Of a DNA stretch of 43,726 nucleotides, positions 5,793-12,928 are shown one piece after another (position 1 is the stretch's first letter; the number at the start of each line of letters is the position of its first letter). Position numbers and translations under genes: made by a program. Origin of the DNA: a virus; the IMG/VR virus record IMGVR_UViG_3300016665_000253, positions 1-43,726 of that record. The stretch is one strand, 5' to 3'. The notes below the pieces were generated by a model. The model ran no database searches, had not been told where the DNA came from, and saw only the letters and a program-made list of their open reading frames with translations.

Positions 5793-6767
5793 ATGGTCTG
5801 GTTCAGAGTTGACGACGGGTTCCACGACCATCCGAAGGTCGAGGCGTTGCTTACGGGCAAGCACGCGAGCGACGCGATCGCGCTCTGGACGCTGGCTGGA
5901 TCGTGGTGCGGAAAGCACCTGACCGATGGTGAGATCAGCGCGTCCAAGGTCGCGCGGCTCGGCATCCGGCATCATGCGAAGGCCGCGCAGGAGCTGGTTC
6001 GCGTACGACTTTGGGAGGAAACCGAGACTGGTTTCCGCTTCCATCAGTGGACCGAACGACAGGCTGCGCGTGCAGACGTTGACCAAACGCGACGCGAATC
6101 AGCCGACAGAATGCGACGGTTGCGCGCTAATCAGCGGGCACGCCGCGAAGAGACGGGCCGCGAATCTATTGATGAATCTGGAAATGTTCGCGCGAACAGC
6201 ATCGAGCACGTTCGCACGAACGACGCGCGAAGTTCGCGAGTGCAAGTCTCCGAGCGTTCGTCAACCCATTCCATACCATTCCATTCCGTACCATACCAAA
6301 ACCAAAACCAAGACACCGCGCCTGCTCGCGAGACACTCGCGAGTGTGGGGCGAGACATTGACGAGACACTCGCGACACCCTCGCGCCTGACCTGTACCTC
6401 CGACCTCCGACCTGTACCAGCGATCACAACCCCGACGACGGTGGACGAGTCGCTCCGCTTCCCCGATCCAGATGCAGAAAATTTCAACGAGCGCGATCTT
6501 GAGCGTGCTGTCAGCGACGTGCGTGGTACGGAATGGAGAATCCCAACCGCTCCTCACCATCGTCGACAAGCACGCGAGACGGCTGCGCTGATCATGGCCT
6601 TCGCCCATAAAGGCGGATACGACCCGCACGCAATCGCGAGAGCGGCCTACGACGAGTGGCGGAAGGCGTCGAAGTCGATCGATCCGATGGTGTGGTGCGC
6701 GGACTGGGCTGTGAAACTGCCGCCACCACCGAAGAAGCAGGAGAAGTGGCGTGACCTCGAAGGCTGA
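5793..6767 (+). CDS. Replication initiator/replisome organiser (lambda O-like arrangement with internal origin)
   Basis: The N-terminus MVWFRVDDGFHDHPKV..ALWTLAGSWC resembles phage replication-protein N-domains. The gene precedes and overlaps dnaB, and a low-complexity linker coincides with DNA iterons. Confidence 0.6.
   Translation: MVWFRVDDGFHDHPKVEALLTGKHASDAIALWTLAGSWCGKHLTDGEISASKVARLGIRHHAKAAQELVRVRLWEETETGFRFHQWTERQAARADVDQTRRESADRMRRLRANQRARREETGRESIDESGNVRANSIEHVRTNDARSSRVQVSERSSTHSIPFHSVPYQNQNQDTAPARETLASVGRDIDETLATPSRLTCTSDLRPVPAITTPTTVDESLRFPDPDAENFNERDLERAVSDVRGTEWRIPTAPHHRRQARETAALIMAFAHKGGYDPHAIARAAYDEWRKASKSIDPMVWCADWAVKLPPPPKKQEKWRDLEG
6265..6420. repeat. Putative origin of replication: iterons, palindromes and an AT-rich stretch inside the initiator gene
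   Basis: ccattccataccattccattccgtaccatacc. aaaacc x2. GAGACACTCGCGA x2 (6331, 6364). 12-bp palindrome CACTCGCGAGTG (6335-6346). GACCTGTACC x2 (6390, 6410). Confidence 0.6.
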
Positions 6768-8070
6768 GCAGCTCTGCGACGTCAGCGCCGAGCGTGCGCT
6801 GCTCGCCGCGATGCTGGCCGATGCGCGCGTTGCAGACGCGTACGGCTGCCCCGCTGATGCCTGGACCGTGCCGCTACACGAGGCCGTCGCGAACGCCGTG
6901 CGCAGCCTGCTAGACGCGTCCCTGCGCGTCAGCGAAGCCACTGTCGTCTCGCACCTCCGACAGCGCCAGCAGCTCGACGCGCTCGGCGGTCCCGACGTCG
7001 TGTACGCGTTGTCCACTGGCGGCGCGCTGCTCGTCGACGTCGCGGTCGTCCACGCACGCGTGCTCGCGCTCGCAGGGCTGCGTCGCAAAGAGCGGCACCT
7101 GCTAGACGCGCTTGCGGCCGTGCGCACCGAGAACGTCGCGGGCGCTGCCGTTCACTGCGCAGCCGCGCTCGAGGACGACGCAGCGTCGAGCGTCGAATCG
7201 TTCTCGCTTGCGGAGGGCGTCGAGCGAGCCTACCTGCGCGCCACCAGCACCGACCAGATCGGACTGGTGCCGACAGGTATCCGCGCCGTCGACGAGGCTA
7301 TCGCGGGCCTCGGCCCCGGCGACCTCGCCATCGTCGGAGCAGACACCAACGTCGGCAAGTCGTCGCTGGCGCTGACGATGGGCGAGAAGCTCGGCGCGCA
7401 GAAGTTGCTGCTTGGATACATCAGCATCGAAGACCCGCGCCAGCTCATCGAGGACCGTCTGCTGTCGCGATTCTCGCGCGTCAGCGGGCACGCTATTCGC
7501 GCCAAGCAGCTGAGCTACGAAGACCACGAGCGCATCGCGCACGCCGTCGCCACAACGCGGCAAGCGGGACCGACTGCGGGATTCATCACGAGCTGCATCC
7601 CCGGCGCGACTGACTCCGACGTCGTGCGCGAGATGGCGCGGCTCGTGCGCGTCATGCACTGCGACGTCGTCTTCGTCGACTACGCGCAAGCCATCACGTG
7701 CTCGACTAAAACCGAGAACACGCGTCTCGAGGTGCGCACCATCGCGTCGCGCATCAAGGCCGCTGCGTCGCGACTCGGCATCCCGGTCTGGCTTGCATCG
7801 CAACTCACCGTTGAGCGCGGCGAGGGCAAGGAGCCCGGCAAGCACGACCTGCGCGACTCACGCGACCTCGCGCACCTCGCGGAGCTCGTCATCGTGCTGT
7901 GGCGCAAAGAGGAGCAGGACAGCGCCGTCGTGCACGGCCGCATCGTCAAAGGCAAGACGGGCGGCAATGGCGTCACGTTCCAGTTCAAGCGCGGCGCGGG
8001 CGGCAGTCTCAAAGAGGTCGACGCCGTCGAGGATTCAACGTTGTACACCGACCGGCGAGGCCGCCGATGA
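6751..8070 (+). CDS. dnaB: DnaB-family replicative DNA helicase
   Basis: N-terminal AERALLAAMLAD. Walker A GADTNVGKSSLAL. FVDYAQ. SQLTVER..HDLRDSRDLAHLAELVIVLWR matches the DnaB C-terminal motifs. Confidence 0.9.
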   Translation: MTSKAEQLCDVSAERALLAAMLADARVADAYGCPADAWTVPLHEAVANAVRSLLDASLRVSEATVVSHLRQRQQLDALGGPDVVYALSTGGALLVDVAVVHARVLALAGLRRKERHLLDALAAVRTENVAGAAVHCAAALEDDAASSVESFSLAEGVERAYLRATSTDQIGLVPTGIRAVDEAIAGLGPGDLAIVGADTNVGKSSLALTMGEKLGAQKLLLGYISIEDPRQLIEDRLLSRFSRVSGHAIRAKQLSYEDHERIAHAVATTRQAGPTAGFITSCIPGATDSDVVREMARLVRVMHCDVVFVDYAQAITCSTKTENTRLEVRTIASRIKAAASRLGIPVWLASQLTVERGEGKEPGKHDLRDSRDLAHLAELVIVLWRKEEQDSAVVHGRIVKGKTGGNGVTFQFKRGAGGSLKEVDAVEDSTLYTDRRGRR

Positions 8071-8435
8071 AACCGCACACCTGGAAGATCGACGGCGTGC
8101 TGGAATGGGGCGAGCCGCGTCGACGCTGCGCGAAGTGCGGGATGCTCGCTCACTGGATTGGCGCGCGCGAGGCGTGCCCGTGGATGATTTCGCAGCGTGC
8201 CGGCGACGAGCGCACGACGCTCGCAGCGGACATCACTTGCTGGCCGGGGCCGTACAAGCACAACGCATGGCGCACGTGCAAGCGCTGCTCGGCGCGATTC
8301 AGGCAGCCAAAGCGGTACAGGGCGCTCGCCTACTGCGGGCCAGTCTGCGTGCGCGAGCATGAGCGCGAGCGCAATCGCGATCACGTGGCGGCGCATTACG
8401 CACGCAAGCGCGAGGCAAGGTGCAATGACGCGTGA
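8067..8435 (+). CDS. Double zinc-finger protein, paralog 1 of 4 (122 aa)
   Basis: ATGA overlap with the dnaB stop. CAKCGMLAHW-x6-C, then WPGPY, then CKRC-x15-CGPVC and a basic tail. Confidence 0.7.
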   Translation: MKPHTWKIDGVLEWGEPRRRCAKCGMLAHWIGAREACPWMISQRAGDERTTLAADITCWPGPYKHNAWRTCKRCSARFRQPKRYRALAYCGPVCVREHERERNRDHVAAHYARKREARCNDA

Positions 8436-8814
8436 TGACATCGACGAGCGCGTTGCGTACCTGGCGCACGATTGGACGCACGACGGCGTGCGCGAGGTCG
8501 GCGGCGAACGCCATCGATGCGTGCGTTGCGGTGCGCTGCGCCACTGGCCTTTGAGCGCGGAGTCGTGTGCCACCATTCTCGAACAGCGCCCCGAAATCGA
8601 CCACGACACTCCACCGCTATTCGCCGACCAATGGCCCGGCCCGTTTGCGCGGCATCCAACGGTGACGTGCGCGATTTGCGCGCGAGCGTTTCGGCGACCA
8701 ATCGGATACGGCAACGCGTCGACGTGCAGCTCGTTGTGCAAACAGACCAAGGACCGGCGTCGCCGCGCAGAGCGGCAACGCATCAAGCGGGCTTTACAGC
8801 GAGTGCAGCGATGA
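8425..8814 (+). CDS. Double zinc-finger protein, paralog 2 of 4 (129 aa)
   Basis: ATG 8425 lies within the 3' end of paralog 1. YLAHDW..GVREVGG, CVRCGALRHW-x6-C, WPGPF, CAIC-x15-CSSLC, basic tail. Confidence 0.7.
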   Translation: MTRDDIDERVAYLAHDWTHDGVREVGGERHRCVRCGALRHWPLSAESCATILEQRPEIDHDTPPLFADQWPGPFARHPTVTCAICARAFRRPIGYGNASTCSSLCKQTKDRRRRAERQRIKRALQRVQR

Positions 8815-9194
8815 CCGACGACGACGAGCTCGAGGACGTCGGCGTGTATCTCGCGCACGACTGGGAGCTAGAAGGCGTGCGCGAGGTTGGCGGCAAGCTG
8901 CGTCGCTGTCGTCGCTGCGGCGTGCTCCAGCACTGGCCCGCTGCGGAGTCGTCGTGCTCGTCGGTGCTGTTGCACCAGCCAGCAGGCGATGTCGCGCAGG
9001 GGCCGCTACACGAAGGCCAGTGGACAGGACCGTATGCGGCGGGACCATTGCCGACGTGCGTTGTCTGCTCGCGCGCGTTTAGACGTCCAGTCATGAACAC
9101 ACTCGGCAAGACCTGCTCGTCGGCGTGCGCGGCCGAGAACAAACGCATCGCCAATCGTCGCGCGCGACTGGCAGCAAAGGCACGCAACGCATGA
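8811..9194 (+). CDS. Double zinc-finger protein, paralog 3 of 4 (127 aa)
   Basis: ATGA overlap. YLAHDW..GVREVGG, CRRCGVLQHW-x6-C, WTGPY, CVVC-x15-CSSAC, basic tail. Confidence 0.7.
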   Translation: MTDDDELEDVGVYLAHDWELEGVREVGGKLRRCRRCGVLQHWPAAESSCSSVLLHQPAGDVAQGPLHEGQWTGPYAAGPLPTCVVCSRAFRRPVMNTLGKTCSSACAAENKRIANRRARLAAKARNA

Positions 9195-9535
9195 GAAAGC
9201 ACGTCTTCTACGATGACGGCAAGACGCTTGACGGCGACCCGCTTCGTCGGTGCTATGGCTGCGGAGTCGCAGCGCATTGGCCTGCTGCGCAGGACGACTG
9301 CAACGCGGCATTTTTCAAGAGCGGCGTGCCTATCATGCCGCGCGACGGCACGACGAAGTGGCCTGGCCCATATCGCAAGGAAGCGCCGACGAAGTGCGGG
9401 CACTGTGGCGAGCTGTTTGTGCGCGCGAAATACCAGCACCGCGTGCGCTACTGCGGGCCCGTCTGTTCGGTGGCTGTTGCCAAGGTACGCCACAACGAAG
9501 GCCGCAAGCGCTGGCCGAGCGCGAGGCATCGATGA
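9191..9535 (+). CDS. Double zinc-finger protein, paralog 4 of 4 (114 aa)
   Basis: ATGA overlap. CYGCGVAAHW-x6-C, WPGPY, CGHC-x15-CGPVC, basic tail. Confidence 0.7.
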   Translation: MRKHVFYDDGKTLDGDPLRRCYGCGVAAHWPAAQDDCNAAFFKSGVPIMPRDGTTKWPGPYRKEAPTKCGHCGELFVRAKYQHRVRYCGPVCSVAVAKVRHNEGRKRWPSARHR

Positions 9536-9810
9536 CGCCGCGCTTGCACGCTGCTACGCTTGCGCGCGCCATGCGGCTCATCATCTTCGGAGGCTGTGGG
9601 ACGTGCCCGTTTGCGGCGACCGACATCATCGGTGAGTCGGCCGACGCGCTGCGCATCGAGCACGCCTGTCGCGTCAAGGACGACCGCATCATCACGGCAA
9701 GCGATGACCTCGCGACTGAGCCGCCTATGGTGCCGCCGCGCTGGTGCCCTATGCGGCTTGAGCAGATTGTGGTGCAGCTCGACATTGCACCGGATAGGAC
9801 TTCGAACTGA
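9532..9810 (+). CDS. Hypothetical Cys-containing protein (92 aa)
   Basis: ATGA overlap. MTPRLHAATL..GGCGTCPF..HAC..WCP. Confidence 0.5.
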   Translation: MTPRLHAATLARAMRLIIFGGCGTCPFAATDIIGESADALRIEHACRVKDDRIITASDDLATEPPMVPPRWCPMRLEQIVVQLDIAPDRTSN

Positions 9811-10067
9811 TGGCCGGTCAACTCCCAGCGCAGTGCAGGCGTCACCCCGGTTTCGTCGCGGGCAAGTGCGGCGCGTGCGAAATCGCGAAGAACCCCGCAG
9901 CGGCCACGGCTGAGAAGCGCATGAGCCCGACGCACGCCAAGCACTTCGGGCGCACGTCGCAGCAGTCGCGAGAAGCGCGCGAGCAGTACGAGGCAGACGC
10001 TCGAGCTCGACGCGAAGAGCATCTGCGGCAGGAGGCAATGTCCGCGATGCAGGGCAAGGCGCGATGA
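9810..10067 (+). CDS. Hypothetical protein (85 aa) with an N-terminal C-x10-CGAC and a charged helical tail
   Basis: TGATG-type overlap with the upstream stop. The ORF is in the track. Confidence 0.5.
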   Translation: MAGQLPAQCRRHPGFVAGKCGACEIAKNPAAATAEKRMSPTHAKHFGRTSQQSREAREQYEADARARREEHLRQEAMSAMQGKAR

Positions 10068-10147
10068 CTCTCGACGTCCGCTTCGTCGTGCCGGGCCCTG
10101 TCGTGCCGTGGCAGCGCGCGGCCAGCATAATTGACGAGGCGCAATAA
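10064..10147 (+). pseudogene. Truncated 5' remnant of rusA (27 codons) left by cassette insertion
   Basis: MTLDVRFVVPGPVVPWQRAAS (then IIDEAQ*) matches the first 21 aa of the intact RusA at 10886 (MNLDVCFTVPGPVVPWQRAAS), 18/21 aa. There is an ATGA overlap upstream. Confidence 0.7.
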
Positions 10148-10896
10148 TGAGTACTCTCGGCAATCGCGTCATTGTCGCAGACGCCTTGGAGTTTCTACGC
10201 GGTGAACCGTCCGAGTCCTACCATTTCATTTACGTCGATCCGCCGTATTTCAGCCAGCGGTTTTTCGGTGAGTTTGACGATCGGTGGGATTCGGTCGAAC
10301 AGTACATCGCGGCGCTCCAAGCGCAGTTTCGGGAAGCCCATCGGGTGCTGCGCAGCGACGGCAACCTGTGCGTCCATGTCGATTGGCACTGCGCGCATCG
10401 GGTTCGGCTGGCGCTTGAAGAGGTTTTCGGCGAGGACAACTTCCGAAACGAAATCGTCTGGTGCTATGCGTCGGGCGGCGCAAGCCCGCGCCATTTCTCG
10501 CGCAAGCACGACAACCTGTTTGTGTACGCAAAAGATTCAAAGCGGTGTAAGTTTCACACGCTTCGCGAGCCGTATCCGCGCGATTACGGCGGGCGGCCCG
10601 GATTTCACCCCGAAGGTCGGATGATGAACGATTGGTGGCAGATCGGCATTCTGTCTACGACCGCCAAAGAGCGCACCGGATATCCCACGCAAAAGCCTAT
10701 GCAATTGCTGCAAAGGCTTGTGCAGGCGTACACCGACGAAGGGGATCGCGTACTCGACTACAACTGCGGCAGCGGTACAACGGGCGTCGCAGCTATGTCG
10801 CTAGGCCGACGCTGCACGCTGGTAGACAGAAACCCGATAGCGATCGACATCGCACGCGAGCGGATGCAACGGCAGGGATGGTTACATGAATCTTGA
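10147..10896 (+). CDS. DNA methyltransferase, beta-class N6-adenine/N4-cytosine type (orphan, no cognate nuclease seen)
   Basis: Motif IV FIYVDPPYF lies near the N-terminus and the AdoMet motif DYNCGSGTTGVAA near the C-terminus. GC is visibly lower than in the flanks. Confidence 0.85.
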   Translation: MSTLGNRVIVADALEFLRGEPSESYHFIYVDPPYFSQRFFGEFDDRWDSVEQYIAALQAQFREAHRVLRSDGNLCVHVDWHCAHRVRLALEEVFGEDNFRNEIVWCYASGGASPRHFSRKHDNLFVYAKDSKRCKFHTLREPYPRDYGGRPGFHPEGRMMNDWWQIGILSTTAKERTGYPTQKPMQLLQRLVQAYTDEGDRVLDYNCGSGTTGVAAMSLGRRCTLVDRNPIAIDIARERMQRQGWLHES

Positions 10897-11308
10897 TGTC
10901 TGCTTCACCGTGCCCGGCCCTGTTGTGCCTTGGCAACGCGCCGCATCGGTGGGCACGCGCCGCTTCACGTCGACGAAGCAACGCAGCTACCAGCGCACCG
11001 TGCGCCTCGTGGCGATGGCATCGCGACCGCGTGGGCCGTGGTTGCCGTCGAAGGCATCGCGCTATCGCGTGGACATCGACGCGTATCTGCCCGACGAGCG
11101 CCGCCGCGACCTCGACAACATCGCAAAGACCATCCTCGACGCGCTCAACGGCGTGCTCTACCTCGACGACAGCCAAGTGGTGACGCTGCTCGTCGCGACG
11201 CATATCGACCGCGCAGAGCCTCGCGTCGTCGTCGCCGTGCGCGAGGTCGAGCGCGAGCAGGTAGCCCCGCCAAAGAGCCGCCAGCGCGCCGCAAAGGTGG
11301 TCGCGTGA
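10886..11308 (+). CDS. rusA: RusA-family Holliday junction resolvase
   Basis: RRDLDNIAKTILDALNGVLYLDDSQV matches the RusA catalytic Asp block. Length is 140 aa. Confidence 0.85.
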   Translation: MNLDVCFTVPGPVVPWQRAASVGTRRFTSTKQRSYQRTVRLVAMASRPRGPWLPSKASRYRVDIDAYLPDERRRDLDNIAKTILDALNGVLYLDDSQVVTLLVATHIDRAEPRVVVAVREVEREQVAPPKSRQRAAKVVA

Positions 11309-12333
11309 AGCGGCCTGCGCGCAGCCTGCTTAGCATCGACGTCCGACAGGTGCTTGCCGAGCACGTCGCGGAGGTCGAGCTCGTCGCGAGCCTTGAGGCC
11401 GCGCCCGTCATCGACCCGGCTATCGCACGCCTCGACGACCGCGCCATCGAGACGATCAGCGCCGAGCACTCGGCTCGTCGCGCGCGACTGGCAGACGAGG
11501 CGACACGCATGGCGCTGCTCATCCTCGCTCGCGAGTCAAAGGGCGAGTCACCACGCCCGCCGTTCCGTGGCGTGCTCGGCGCGTTGCGCGCTCTCGACGA
11601 GGTGCGCGTCGATGGTGCGCCCGTGCGCTCGTCGTCGTCGCCGTCGCGCTTTGAGCCAGAGCATCGCGGCGCAGGCGGCACGGCATCGGGCGATGTCGCG
11701 CAGCGTGCCGTCGAGCGCATCGCGCCGGTGTCGCGCCTGTGGGCGCAGTGCTTGGCGCAGGGTTGGACGCTGACCACGTTTCCCGCGCTAGCACGGCTGA
11801 CAGCCGAGCAGGCCCGCGAGGTCTGCATATGGGCGACGCTCGGCATACCAGGCGCGCGCGTCCCGCTACAGCACCCGCAGCCGATGCGCGGCGAGGGCGC
11901 ACGGCAGAAGCAGCCGCGCTACAAGCTCGCAGTCCGCGGCAAGCCACGCGTCGGCGAGGACGTCGACCCCTTCGATGACCCATCACCACGCGACGTCGCC
12001 GAGCACGCGAGCACGGTGTTCGGCGTCGAGGTGCCGGTGGGACACGTCGTCGCACTCCGACGCGAGGGCATCGGCGAGCTATATTCACGGCTGGCAGGGC
12101 GCGGGCTGATACCGCGAGATGGGAGGCTGGACGCTATGGCAGCGACACGAGCGACGCCGTGGGACGTCGAGGGATGGAAAGAGATTGCGAGCACGCTGGG
12201 ATGCTCGGAGCGCACTGCGCAGCGCGTGGCGTCGCGACCGGAGCGGCCTGCGCCGACCTATCGCACGTTTGTCGGCGTCGTGGCCGTGCGCGCAGAGTTG
12301 GCCGAATGGATGCGCGGCGAGATGAAGCGATGA
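11305..12333 (+). CDS. Hypothetical protein with a C-terminal HTH-like segment; positional candidate for a late-gene regulator
   Basis: GTG 11305 lies 4 nt after AAGGTGG and forms a GTGA overlap with the rusA stop. WKEIASTLGCSERTAQRVAS is HTH-like. The gene lies between rusA and the terminase genes, as Q does in lambdoid phages. Confidence 0.5.
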   Translation: MKRPARSLLSIDVRQVLAEHVAEVELVASLEAAPVIDPAIARLDDRAIETISAEHSARRARLADEATRMALLILARESKGESPRPPFRGVLGALRALDEVRVDGAPVRSSSSPSRFEPEHRGAGGTASGDVAQRAVERIAPVSRLWAQCLAQGWTLTTFPALARLTAEQAREVCIWATLGIPGARVPLQHPQPMRGEGARQKQPRYKLAVRGKPRVGEDVDPFDDPSPRDVAEHASTVFGVEVPVGHVVALRREGIGELYSRLAGRGLIPRDGRLDAMAATRATPWDVEGWKEIASTLGCSERTAQRVASRPERPAPTYRTFVGVVAVRAELAEWMRGEMKR

Positions 12334-12440
12334 GCCTTGACGCGATTAGTCGCGACGAGTCGCAACGGGGCCAGTTGAACGGCTTGCGTGATGGTGAAAT
12401 GGCGCTCTCACTTAGAATCGCGAGGCGAGACGTCACCTGA
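12330..12440 (+). CDS. Possible 36-aa coupled mini-ORF bridging to terS
   Basis: ATGA overlap at its start and TGATG overlap at its end (MSLDAISRDESQRGQLNGLRDGEMALSLRIARRDVT). It is below the track cut-off, and the region could instead be non-coding. Confidence 0.3.
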   Translation: MSLDAISRDESQRGQLNGLRDGEMALSLRIARRDVT

Positions 12441-12928
12441 TGGCACGACCGAGCGTCATCACCGAAGCCTTCACGAAGCGCGTATGCGCACGAGTGAGAG
12501 CGGGATTGCGTCTGCAATCGGCGCTTGAGGCCGAAGGCGTCGACAAGCGGAACGCTGAGTACTGGAAGCGCGAAGCCGAGCGGGGCAACCAGCTATACTC
12601 GGAGTTCCTCGCGGCTGTCGCTCGCGCTCGCGCAGAGTTCGAGGCCGAGACGCTCGACGTCATCCGGCTGCAAGCGACGCCTACCGATAACGGCGAGATT
12701 CAGGACTGGAAGGCGCGAGCGTGGATGCTTGAGCGCATGATGCCTGACGCATACGCGCCGAGTCAGACGATGGTGCTGAAAGCGCAGGACCAAGCGGCGC
12801 AGGACGTCCTCGAGGTCGCGCGCGAGGTGTTGCCGTCGCAGTGGTACGCGGCGCTGCTGGCGGCGCTGGCGGGCGTCGGCGAGGGTGACGCGCAGGGCGA
12901 CGCCGACGAGGGCGACGAGGCGCACTGA
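12440..12928 (+). CDS. terS: Terminase small subunit
   Basis: The gene lies immediately before terL. DWKARAWMLERMMPDAY resembles the conserved W-x-A-x-AW-LER block of small terminases, and the C-terminus is acidic. Confidence 0.6.
   Translation: MARPSVITEAFTKRVCARVRAGLRLQSALEAEGVDKRNAEYWKREAERGNQLYSEFLAAVARARAEFEAETLDVIRLQATPTDNGEIQDWKARAWMLERMMPDAYAPSQTMVLKAQDQAAQDVLEVAREVLPSQWYAALLAALAGVGEGDAQGDADEGDEAH

Noticed and set aside
6265-6420. A CRISPR-like or minisatellite array.
   Set aside because: The repeats are short (6-13 bp), heterogeneous and irregularly spaced, and they lie inside a CDS linker. No cas genes are present. An origin-iteron interpretation fits better.
10147-10896. GCTAGC / GTGCTAGCAC as the target site of the encoded methyltransferase.
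   Set aside because: Nothing in the sequence links them. The hexamer GCTAGC occurs at about the frequency expected by my rough estimate. The enriched longer motif is positioned like transcription operators. The methyltransferase also appears to be a recent foreign insertion, whereas the motif is built into the core promoters.
10930-12333. A 467-aa ORF beginning inside rusA.
   Set aside because: The first 125 codons are an alternative frame of rusA with Arg-rich junk composition. The real start is GTG 11305, which has an AAGGTGG RBS and a GTGA overlap with the rusA stop.
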